DNA from: Geosiphon pyriformis uo1 | Lineage: Eukaryota > Fungi > Glomeromycota | Assembly (NCBI GenBank): GCA_016748015.1 | Contig: JAAOMT010000735.1 | Coordinates: 62,001 to 126,000 of the forward strand | DNA length: 64,000 bases | Direction: 5' to 3' | Shown here: one piece after another, positions 26,115 through 37,827 of the stretch | Position numbering within the stretch: position 1 is the first letter of the stretch | Layout of the letters: every line of letters begins with the position of its first letter | Translations under genes and position numbers: made by a program | Notes under the pieces: generated by a model | Database searches by the model: none | Told to the model about the DNA's origin: nothing | The model's input: the letters and a program-made list of their open reading frames with translations, nothing else

Positions 26115-27499
26115 TTAAGTGTTCAAGTTGGGAGGTTGTTCAATGACAACTATTGGTTCTAATTTTTGGGGAATATCTTTGGGTTTGATTAAAGGGGAAT
26201 GTGTACCAATTTGTGGAATTAATGGTTCAGGATTGTTTCTAGAATTATAGTGTTTCAAATAATCACCATGTGCAACTTTTGTTAGAATTTTTTCATCAAG
26301 TCTTAGCTTGTATGATCCATTGCCTAGGATTTCATGGATAAAGAATGATCCATCCCATTTATTTTCAAATTTCTCACTCCATTGTTTTTCAGCTTTAGTT
26401 CTGTGTAAGAAAACTTTGTTTCTGATTTTAAATCCATTGGTAACTGGAAGCAATTTGTTGTTATGCCATTCTTTTTGTTGAGCTTGGGAGTGTTTAATAT
26501 GGGTGGCTGCTATTCGTCATTTTTCTTCTAATGTGCTAAGCAGAGTGTATGCTTTTTGTTGTAGTGTTTCCTAGAAATTGTTTTTATTAATTGTTTGTGT
26601 TGGATATGTTTCCATGGTAAAACTAATTGGTAATGTTGCTGTTCTTCTATAAGTTAAATCAAATGGTGTGTGTTTTGTGGTATCTTGTTTAGTGTTCTAT
26701 ATGCCAGTAACACTGATGGAATAAAGAGATCTCATTCTTGCTTAAAATTGGTTGAGACTTTGGCTAATGATTCATACAATGTTCTGTTAAAACATTCTAC
26801 AAGTCCATTTGTTTGTGGATGGTAGGGCGAAGATAATGGTCTCTTGACATTAAATCATCCACAAATTTCCTGGATTAAATTGTTCACAAAATGTGTTCCT
26901 TGATCAGATAAAAGTTCTATTGGGCATCCATGTCTACAAATAATGTCTTCGTAGATGAAATTTGCTACTGATTTTGTATCTGCTTGTTGAATGACTCTGG
27001 CTTCAGGCCATTTGGTAAGATAGTCTACAGCTACTGCAATATAATGGTTTTTTTGGTTTGTGATAGAGAGTGGTCCAACTAAATTGATACCAACTTGGTC
27101 AAAGAGCTGTCCAACTTTGATTGGGTTTAAAGGTTCTGTAGAGCAAGTTCTTCTTCTTCTTTGACAACTATTACACGACTTAACATATTCATAAATGTCT
27201 TTTCTCATTTGAAGCCAAAAATAATATGCTAGTGTTCTCTGAGTGGTGCTGTATTTTCCTAGGTGTGCTAATGAAAGGTCTGAGTGCATGTTATATAAAA
27301 TGGTTTTTTTTTCATGTTCTTGTATTAATCTAAGTGGATTGTCTGGGTTTCTGAAGTTTTGATAATAAATAATGTTGTTGTGTAAGAAGTATTGTTTGGT
27401 TTGTTGTTATAACTGATGTTTTTCATCTGGGGACCAATCTGTTGGGATTGTTAATGTCTCCAGATATTGTTTAAGATTGTTGTAGTTTTCGGAGTTCAT
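26115..27499 (-). pseudogene. GyC integrase (separate ORF)
   Basis: Starts MNSENYNNLKQYLETL; HHCC, SDQGTHF and a WDGSF SH3-like module; ends LEPIVVIEQPPNLNT*; no chromodomain seen. Confidence 0.88.
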
Positions 27500-27545
27500 T
27501 GTTTGTTGTTTTGTTGTTAATTCAAATGGGTGTTGTTTTTATGTT

Positions 27546-30500
27546 CTAATCTTGCCTCATTCTTGAGAGACAATCAACATTGGTGTGGAGTTTTCCTGGT
27601 TTGTGATATACAACGTATTGGTAGTTGGCTAAAAATCCTGTCCATCGGATTTGTTTGGCATTCAGCTGAGTGTTTTTGTTTTGAAGCCATTTGAGTCCAA
27701 TATTATCAGTGATAATATCAAATTTTTTGAGTCTGAGGTAAAGATTGAAGTGATATAGGGCCCAGATTACTGCTGCAGTTTCTAATTTTGTTGCAGAGTA
27801 GTTCTTTTCAGCTGGCTTTAATATTCTGCTAGCATAAACAATTACTTGCTCATTTCCATTGTCATCTAACTGTGATAGGATGGCACCAAAGGCAGTATAA
27901 GAAGCATCTGTTGCTAACCAGAATTGGTTGCTGAAATCTGGATAGACGAGAATTGGAGCTGTGGTTAGTTTTTCTTTGAGGATTTTAAATGCATTTTGGT
28001 GTTCAGCAGTCCATTTGTATTTGATGTTTTTGGTGGTAAGCTGGTTGAGGGGTTTTGCAATTTCTGAGAATCTTTTAATAAACATCCAATAGTAGGAAGC
28101 TAACCCTATGAATCCTTTTACTTCTGTAGTGTTTTGAGAAGTTCTGAAGTTTTTGATAGTGCTGATTTTTCCAGGGTCTGGTTTGATTCTATCTTTACTA
28201 ATGACGTGACCAAGAAAGGCCAAGCTTGTTTTTCCAAAGTAGCATTTTTCGATGTTGAGTTTCAGTTCTGCTTTTCATAATCGTTGAAATACTTCTCACA
28301 GATGTTTTAAGTGTAATTCAAACAATGGAAAATAAACATCAGTATCATCAAGATAAACGACTACTGACTTCCAAAAGAGTCTTTTGTACACAATATTCAT
28401 TAATCTCTGAAATGTTGCTGGTGCATTGCATAATCTGAAAGACATTACATTGAATTTGTAGTTTTCTTCTTGGGTTGTGAAGGCTGTTTTGGAACAATCT
28501 TTGGGATCCATGGCAACTTGCCAGTATCTGCTTTCTAGATCTAGTGTTGAAAAGTATTTGGATTTTCCAAGGGCATCTAACATGTTATCAATTTGGAGAA
28601 GAGAGTAGGCATCTCTCATAGTAATGCTGTTGAGTTGTCAATAATCAATACAAAATTGTATCTTTCCATTTTTCTTCTTAACTAGGACCACAGGTGAGGC
28701 CCATGGACTTATTGATGGTTGAATAAGCCCATTGTTAAGCATTCATTGTACTTCTTTTCAGATAAATTGGTGACTTTCTGAAGCAATTTGGTAGGCTTGT
28801 TGTCGCCTTGGTTTGACATCTCCTGTATAGATTTGGTGTTGAACCAAATCGGTTCTTCTTAAGTCATTGTTGTTTTTGGCAAAGATATCAGCAAATTCTA
28901 CAATTAGCCATTTAAGCTGGTTTTGTTGTTGTGGTTCAAGTTGTCCCATGTTGATTCGAGATAGTTTTTCTATAACAACATGGTAGTTTTCAGAGCTGGT
29001 GTTTGGGTTGATTTTTGGTAATAAATGTCCAATAATTTCAGAGAAATCAGGGATTGTTTGGGGTAATTCTTGTTGAAAGATATTGCTGTGAATAACTTCA
29101 ATTTCTAAGTTATTTAATAAAACTATGAGAAAATTGTTGGGATTGTAAAAAATAACTCAGATTTTTTTTGTTTCTTCTGGAATATAAATGTTTGGAATTG
29201 AGATATTATATTCCAAGCAGATTTGTTTGTTGGACTCAAAAATTTGTTGTGTAGTTGTTGGTTTTTCACAAGTGTAAATTTCAGAGTGTTCTCCAAAGGG
29301 TGAAATGGTAATTGGTTGTGGAAGTCGTAAAATCTGGTGAGATTCTTTCTGTTCGTTGAGGGTTATGTTTACTGGAACTGTGAATCATCCAGTTGAACCA
29401 AAATCTTGGGTTTTTCTTTCACTTTTTCCCAATAGTTCTCTTTGATTGACTAATTGTAAACCCGAAATGTTGATTAAGAGTAAATAAATAGCTTGGGCAA
29501 TTTTCTCAGTATGTTTAATCTTAAACGGCTTGTCAGTTTTGTTTTGGAGTATTACTGTTATGTCACCAGTATATCCAGCATTGATTATTCCTTCTCTGAC
29601 ATTGATTTCTTTGCTTGCCAAAGAGGACCGGGAGGCAATTTGAACTATTACTCTTGGTGAGATTTCAAGAGCAATTTTGAGGTTGATTTTTGTGAGAGAT
29701 TTGGGTTTGAGAACAAGAGTATCCTTGTCTGGATATCTTAGGTTATATTCAGCATCAATTTCATGTGCTTTTTTGGGTTTTATTCCTTGTCCGTTGTTGT
29801 TGAAGTATTTGAGTTGTAAGGCAGACTGGTTTTCGATGAGATAGATGGGTGTTGCTTTAATTTCTTTTGTTGCTTCAGGTTCTTCAAATTCAATTTCATT
29901 CTCATCATTTTTACTGGGCAGAGGAATGCTAAGAGCATAGCATTCAAGACACCACTGTTCATCACAAGACATAATGCATTCTTCACATAATCTAATGTTT
30001 ATTTGCTCTAATTATTGAATTTGAGCTTCTTGGGTTGAGTAAGTGTAACTTGCAATTTGGTGGTAGACTTTTACTTCATCTTTGTAATCAAATCTAGTTA
30101 ATTTTATGGTGTATTCAATGTATTCTGCTTCCTTCATTTGACAGACATTTTTTTTGGTAGCTCTGTTAATTAATGTCATTGTTAGGTCAAAAATTATCTT
30201 AGCATCATGGGGATAGTGATAAAGTTTGTTGAGAGCACTGTTGTATGCCGCATTAAAGGGTGTTCTTCTTTTTACTTTTTCTGAAATTGATAAAGCATAT
30301 TGGCAGGTCTGATCGCAGACTCTTCCTCTCATTGCTACATCAATCCAATTGCATTCTTCTGATAGCATATCTCCACAAGTCAAACAAGGAGTGTTATCCC
30401 ATTTTCCACTTCTTTTTATTAGATGGCCTCAATGTTCTCTGTGGCAAGTCTTGCAGTAATAACAAGTATGATTTTCATATTCTTCTTCAGGTAAAATACA

Positions 30501-33500
30501 GGCTCCCATTGAAGAGAGTTTTTTGTGGCAGTTCTTGCATTTGAGTGGAATGTAGGGACATTGTTTTTGTGGTTCTGGTTTTGAATAGGAGACATTCCAT
30601 CTGGTTGTCACTGGTTCTTTTGTTTCAAGAGAATCATTTGTTGAAAAATACTGTTGTTCAGTTTCATCAGCCCAATTGGAGGTTGATCCAAGTGCCATAA
30701 ATGTTTCAATGATGGGCTTTTCTTCTTCCAGTTCAAATTCAAAAGCTGGGGCTTTTTCAGAGCATTTGTTGAATGTATCACAAGTGACAGATACCTGGGT
30801 GTGTTGTCCTTGGTAGGAGATTGTTAACTCTTGTGTCTCCCAATTCAGATTAGCATTGGCTTTTTGAAGCCAATTATTTCTGATGAGAGCTTGATACTGG
30901 GGTGTATTCATTACAAGAATTTTGACTGAAATAATGATTCTATCAAGAGTGAACGGAAAATTGTCAATTTCTCCTACTGGAGTTTTTTTTATGCCATCAG
31001 CAGTAACAATTACTGTTTTAGCTAGTCGGTCGACATTTCTCTTTAACTGTTGCATTAACTGGTAGGTAATGATGCTTCCAGCAGATCCACTGTCTAGGAT
31101 CAAACAAATTGGCTTTCCTTCAACTTCTGCTTCAGTGTACATAACAGTGATTGCTTTTTGTTTGTTGGTGGCTACATTGCTAAGCAGGAATGGTGACTCA
31201 TTTGCTTCAAACTTAAAAGAAAATATGTCTGAAAGGTTGGCATTTTCAGCAATTCTGGCTGGTAGAATTGTGGTAGGAGTATAGGAAGAGTTTTGTTGTC
31301 GTGCTGCAGCTCTACCTTCCGAGAGTACAGTATGGTGAAAATTCTGTTCTTCAGGTATTGTAAGATAGCTAGGTTGAGTATGATAATGGGTGGGTCTTGA
31401 CTGAGCTGGATTTTGGAGAACTAATTGGTTGTTTGAATTGATTCTATTGTTGTTTACTTGATATCAATTTTGTGGTGTAAATTGATTTTGCGGGATTAAT
31501 CTTCGAGCAGACACCTGATAATGTTGTGTGGGTGGTTGTTGGTATTGCTGTTGAATTGGCTGTGGGGCAGACTGATAATAGTTACTTTGATATTGGGGTC
31601 TTGGTGGATGGTAAGCTGGTGGTGGTAGTTGATAATAAGATTGCTGTGGTAGAGGGTAATGTTGATTACTCCTATTTTGTTGGTCTTGTTGTAGCTTTCT
31701 GCAATCTCTTTTCCAGTGGCCAGGAATTCCACAGTAATGGCAACTCTGAGGCTGGTTATTAGAGGGTGATGTGAAGTTGTTTTGATTCCGTCTTTGGAGT
31801 GGTTGATATCTTTGGGGTTGCTGTTGTTGTTGGTTGGTGAAATAGTTTTCAACTTTTTTTGTGAGTTGGTTAATTTTTCTTCAGCTGCTGAGCTGGTTTC
31901 TCCAATGGCTAAGTTCACGAGTTTTGTACAATTGGCTTCTTCCATGGCCATTTCATATCTTTTTGCATGCTGAATGACAGAGTTTAAATCTTCTGGGGCA
32001 TGTGGGCAAACTTTTTTAATTAGTTTATCCTTTAAACTAGCGATAAATTGATCCAAGATTTGAGCATTGGAATAATAATTATTAGTTTCAAGTTGGCAAA
32101 TTTGTCTGAGAAGTTTGTTGAATTTCCCAATATAAGTCATAACAGATTCGGAGGGTTCTTGTTTGATATTGTAAAAACGATTTCGAAGAGTGATTGAGAT
32201 ATTGTTATCGGTGTTACGGTTTAAGAATTTAGCAAAAAGAATCATAAAAATAATACAAACTATTCAATCATAATATAGCACAGTAATAATCTTAGAAAGG
32301 TAATGATTAACATAGTAGCAAACACCATCTCGCGATAGTGGCAAGCACCAGTTCACAATAGCAGCCAACACCAACTGGTGATAGCAGCAAGCACCAGGTN
32401 NNNNNNNNNNNNNNNNNNNNNNNNNNNNNNNNNNNNNNNNNNNNNNNNNNNNNNNNNNNNNNNNNNNNNNNNNNNNNNNNNNNNNNNNNNNNAGAAACAC
32501 ATCAGGCAATTGCAAGGATAGCCTCAGAGAAGACCCCAGACAGTGGGTAGATTTCAGTTCAGCCTCTGAGAAGGAGTACATAAACACATACAACAATCAA
32601 GAATTAAAGAATAACTTACATCGCAACAGTAAAAAGAAAGCCTTCAGTGTAACAGTGACATTATCACACAAATAGAATTGAGGAACTCACGAAAGACTGA
32701 TTGCAATTAAAGCGGGATATCAGCAATTAAATATAACAAGAAAACCATCCCGTAACATCGGTGAATTGTTCTAAGAAGGCAGTTTTGAAAGCTGTCCAGT
32801 CATTAAAAGGAGTGGTCAAGTTTTCGAACCATTCGCCTACTGTTCCTTTGAGAAAGTAGAGAATTGTTCTTAACATTCTGGCAGCATTTCATCCATTTGC
32901 ATCTCCAGCTTTAGTAACTTGGTCGAGTCATTCTTGGGGACTGGTCTCAATTTTTTCTCCATTGAATTCAGGGATTTTTGCAATATATGCTGTCATTTCA
33001 TCTTCTTTGTTTTCACTGTCTATTGATTCTTCTTCAGATATTTCAGAATCGTTTTCTTTGTTTACTGCTGTCTCAGAGTGTTCACTTCAATTTTCAGCTA
33101 AAAAGTTAAGGAGATTGGAACTAGTTTGAAGGGGTTTTTGTTGTCTAGTGGGACTTCTGGGTGATGTAAAATCTTCTAGTTTTGCAAATCAATTTAAGGG
33201 TGAATTAAGTGTTTGTGCTTGTGCAAGTAAAGCTGGAAAAGGTGTAATAGTAAGTGGAAGTTTTGAACTGGTTCCTTGTTTAGATGTTTGTAAGTGTTTG
33301 GCAGTTGTTTTTGGTAGTATTGGAGTATTTGGGGTGGTTTTTGAGTATTGCTTCAATTTTTGTTTGTCTTTGTTGCTTGTTTTTGTCTCTGATTCAAAAT
33401 CAATAGAGTATTGAGACTGCACTAGATATGTTTCTTCACAGTACTTGATAATGTTAAAATTTAGTTCTTGAAAGTAAGTGGCAAGTGTTTCACTGTTAAG

Positions 33501-33728
33501 GTTTTCAGTTCCCAACTGTGAATAGTGTACTAAATTATTGTAAAGGTTGCTTCTAACTTCTGAGATATTGTAATTTCCAAAAAGATAATTGTTGATGTGG
33601 TTTTCAATATATTGGTATACTGATTTCTTGACAACTTCAATTCCATCTGGAATGTTGAATCTTTGCTTGCAGTGGGTGTAAATTGATTGGTAATACTCTA
33701 GAGTTGTTGCGTCTGGTGTGGTCACCAC
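27546..33728 (-). pseudogene. GyC gag-pol (Gag, PR, Cys-rich domain, dUTPase, RT, RNase H), interrupted by a GyA-family LTR
   Basis: LDSGS, SRSSLA...GIINAGYTG...DFGSTG, YLDD, ATDAS and VDCLSRMRQD*. Confidence 0.9.
32212..32757 (+). repeat. GyA-family solo LTR (or collapsed full element) inserted in GyC gag
   Basis: Reverse complement of both ends of 6652-7517, with an internal N gap. TSD TCGG (32208-32211 and 32758-32761). Removing it restores gag FLEQFTDNN. Confidence 0.9.
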
Positions 33729-33757
33729 TTTGAAGTTGTTTTTGCTGTGTTGTTTCC

Positions 33758-33771
33758 ATGGAAGAGCACCA
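33758..33771 (-). promoter_or_regulatory. GyC primer-binding site
   Basis: TGGTGCTCTTCC 2 nt after the LTR end. Confidence 0.75.
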
Positions 33772-33773
33772 AA

Positions 33774-34757
33774 TATTACTGGAGGTTTTTGGTCTCTTTT
33801 TAGCTCTTATATGTTTGTTATAATACTGTTAATTTGTGATTATGAGAAGTGTTTGAACCTCTGATAACTGAATTTTATTTTCAAATTATCTCCTATAATT
33901 TGAACTGCTGGGCTTATCAGTAGAATGGCCAATTCCATGCCAGTTACTTTGTATAGTTACATTGTAGTAAACATCAACTCTTTCCCAAGAATTGCTTGTC
34001 TAGAAGCTTACTAAAATCTGTAATTACTTTGCTGTGAAAATCAACTCTTCTACAAGAATTCTTGTCCATAGGCTACCCAAATGATTTATAATAAGAAAAG
34101 AAAAAGAATAAAAGAAATGTAAAAGAAAAAGTAAAACTAATGATTTATGGAAGTTGTTTCGGATCCAGGCCTGGAAGTGCTTTAACAGTCTACTGAAATT
34201 GGTAGCTAATCAATTTCAACTGTTAGTAAGAATTGGTTAATTTCAAAGGAAATAATTAAGAATTTGGCTTTTCAAATTTATTTGATATTTATTTTGTTTT
34301 TGTGTATAAAGGATGATTCTAATTATTAAATCTGAAGTAAGATACATTTTCTCGAAGAGAGAAACTCTTCTTTTATACAACTTGTCATAACACTATTCTA
34401 TGAACTTGAACTTTGCTTTTTTCTACAATTTTGCTAAACTAAAGATATATTTCAGCGAACTACACATTATTTCTGCAAACTATTAGATATTTCGGTGAAC
34501 TATTAATTATTTCAGCAAATTTCTACAAATTTCGGCAAACTTTTAAATATTACATATTTTGGAGTATTGCATGATTGATTATTGCACTTAGGTTACATTT
34601 GTGTTATGTACAAATTGGGTTATTAATTAAATGATAATTTCGGACATTTTGCTAATATAATAAGTGATAATTTGAAACAATAATATATGCTAATTAATGA
34701 TAAGATTTATAAGGGTAATTTCATGTTAAACAATATCTCTAATTTTGTTTGGTAACA
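33774..34757 (-). repeat. GyC 5' LTR
   Basis: Same length as 24321-25304 and colinear with it. Confidence 0.95.
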
Positions 34758-35457
34758 ACACTAAACCAAATCCATCCTCACCCAAAAAAGTTTTACACCA
34801 CCAAAAATTGGCTTAGTATGGAAGACAGAATTTATTTTCTCATTTGATTCAAAGCCCACTATAGTACAGTGAATCTAGTTGCCAGTGTCCAATAAATAAT
34901 TAATAATATATGTCTTTTTACCAGCCCCTTTTAAAAGAGTACTCAAATTATGAACAGTTGTTTCTACTGACAAAGTAAATAATAGTGCTCTGAACTAATT
35001 CTTAAACATCTAAGTTTCTTGGTCTCCTACAGTTATAGTCACATGCACCAAATCTTTTCCAATTAAGAATGACTATCTTGATGCCAATTGTTCAGTCTAA
35101 TTCAAATTAGCAAATTCTACTAGTCTTTTGCTACATCCCAATTGGTTGAATTTTAATTGACTTAACTTTACCAAACTCAAAGACTGCAATAACAATTATT
35201 TTTTTTGGTGTATTTATAAGAATTTTTTTGATTATCACAATCCAATTTGACCTAATTTTTTGTTTCTTAAGATTAGTGTTTACAACAATTCTCTTTTCTT
35301 TAGCCAATGATATAGCTTTCTTCATGCTTTCTTCTGAAGTGAAAGTAGATTTAATAATCCTTTCAAATTTTAAGGGGATAATAGTCCCCTCCAAAACTAT
35401 TAACAGTTGAAAAAATTTTCTTAATAAACTGAGTTTTTACTGTCACCAATTTTTCTT

Positions 35458-36430
35458 TGTTACCAGTAAAATTTTAGCTAATAATTAGCATGAAATTATT
35501 TTCATAATTTCTATTATTAATTAGCATATATTATTATAATTTTGATTATCACTTATTATTTAACCAAATTATCAAATATTATTATTCAATTAATAATCCA
35601 ATTTGTACCATAAAAATTAAGATAATCAAATTACACAATACTCTGAACCATTTAATATAGTTAAAATTCGCCGAAATTAATAAAAATTGGCCGAAATAAT
35701 CAATAATTTGTAGAAATAATTTGTAGTTTGCCAAAATATATCTTTAGTTTGCTGAAATTAGAGCAAAAAAAAAAGTGCAAATTCAAAAACTAGTACTACA
35801 ACAAGTTGTATAAAAAAAGAGCTTTTCTCTTTAAGAAAATGTATTTTTTTATAGTATTTTATCATAGTATTACTTTAAATATCTTAATTAAAACAAATCA
35901 CTTTTTACACATCTCAAATAAAAATTAAATATTTGAAAACCAAATTTTTTAAATTATTACACTTGAAATTCTCTCAACACAACTAACATTTTGAAATTGA
36001 TTAACTACCAATTTCAATAATCTGTTAGTAATTTCAGGCCTAAATAGAAAACAATTTTCTTAACAAAAATCTTATTTCTTTTACATTTTTTTATTTTCTT
36101 TTACATTTTTTATTATAACCATTAAAGTAGCCTACAGACAAGATTTTTGTAGAAGAGTTGACTTTCACAGCAAAGTAACTACACATTTTTAGTAAGCTTT
36201 CAGATGAGCAATTCCTGAGAAAGAATTGATATTTACTACAATGTAACTATATAAAGTAATTGGCAAGGAATTGGCTATTCTACTTATAAGCCCAGCAGTT
36301 CAAATTATAAGAAATAATTTGAAGATAAATTCAGTTATTGGAAGTTTAATTGCTTTCAGAAAACGTGAAATTAGCAACAAACAAATATTAACAACATTTA
36401 AAAAAAAGAGACCAAAAACCTCTAATAATA
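35458..36430 (+). repeat. Solo LTR of GyC-related family in LINE copy 1 ORF1
   Basis: Starts TGTTACCAG and matches 7518-8338. Flanks TCTT/CTTT correspond to the single CCCT in the uninterrupted LINE (~46757), consistent with a decayed 4-bp TSD. Confidence 0.88.
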
Positions 36431-37827
36431 CTTTCTACAGCTAAAAAATTAATGTTCAATTCAAAGAATTTTTTCACAGTCATCTTGACTTGAGTTTTTA
36501 ATATTTTTGGATCAATTCACTTTTTGCCAAAAAGAATGTTAAAAGGAGGAAAGAAAGAGCCTTTATTATTATCTATATCAAAGTTAATAACACTAATAAG
36601 AAAACCACCAATCAGACCAGTATTAATCCTCTTTGCCTTGAGAGTTGTCACTGCTAAACCAAAAAGAAAGCCACCACCAGAACTTATTACAGCACTAATA
36701 ACATCATTTTCTTTGAACTTACTATCCATATCCAAAAATGCTTCACTATTAGAATCAGGTTTGAACAAAAAAATATTTTTCTTATTGCCTATTAAAACCT
36801 TTTTTTTTCTGAGAAAAAGTATCACTAATAGAATTATGAATGGCTCTCTTAAGTGCTTTTTTTTTTAACATATTACTACCAGAAACAGACTTCAGATTTA
36901 TCACAAAAGAGTTACTAACTTAAAAAATATTGAAAATAATATAACAAAAAAGATAAAAAACAAAAAATTTTTTTTGAAAAAATACTCTTTGAGAGATTTA
37001 GAGATTTAAGAGAGAAAGAAAAGTTTTTTTAATTTATTTTAACTTTTTATTTAGTCATAATTTTTTTTAATTAAAATTTGTTTTAATTTTTTTGGCTGTT
37101 TACACAATTTAGAAATATTTTAGTCTAAAAAAAGACCATATTTTATTAAATTTTTTACCAAAATATATGCTTTATATCTTTAATTATTTTTTATTAAAGC
37201 TAAAATTTATATGCTTAATAATAATATATAAAAATAATATGTTTAATTATTTGTTTAACCAAGTTTTTACCCTTCTACCAATTATTATTATTTTTGCTTA
37301 GATATATAATAATACAAATTTTTTTAAAAAAATTGTTTAATATTTGTATTTTCTCAAAAAATACAACCATTAATTAAGAATTTATTAATATAAATTAAAC
37401 AACTTTTATATTTTTTTCATAAAAATTGTGTTTTATTAAGAATTTAAAAATTTAAACTTTTATCATAAGCTAAAAAAATACACTTAATATGTATAACAAA
37501 AATAAATATTATATATTATTTTCTGATTAAATTTTTTTTTTAAATTATTCTTTAAGGAAATAAACATTTTATGTTCAAGTTTACTTATTTTTTCTAAAAA
37601 TATTTTTTAATAAATTATTATATTTTTTTTTTATATCTGTTTATATATATTTGTTTTTTATCTTAATATATATATATTTAAGTTCTTTTAAATAATTTTT
37701 TGCTGTATTTAAAAATAATATAAATTCAAGTCTTGACAAAATAATTTTATTTATCTGTGTTATTAATATTTATAAAGTAATATCTTATTTATGTTTTTAA
37801 ATATATAATTTTATTTTAAAAAAGATG

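Larger units (their letters stand above)
24321..34757 (-). mobile_element. Full-length degenerate Gypsy element GyC
   Basis: 984-bp LTRs at 24321-25304 and 33774-34757, TSD ACAC (24317-24320 and 34758-34761), PBS TGGTGCTCTTCC, PPT GAGGAGAAAG. Confidence 0.95.
20980..37100 (-). mobile_element. Degenerate LINE copy 1 (pieces 20980-24316, 34762-35457, 36431-~37100), interrupted by GyE, GyC and a solo LTR
   Basis: Colinear with the LINE at 40541-47390: RT and endonuclease remnants, ORF2 ATG at 23621, ORF1 coiled coil and RRM remnants. Confidence 0.85.

Noticed and set aside
26115-26453. Chromodomain at the integrase C-terminus
   Set aside because: The sequence fits the GPY/F SH3-like module, and no chromodomain aromatic-cage pattern follows.
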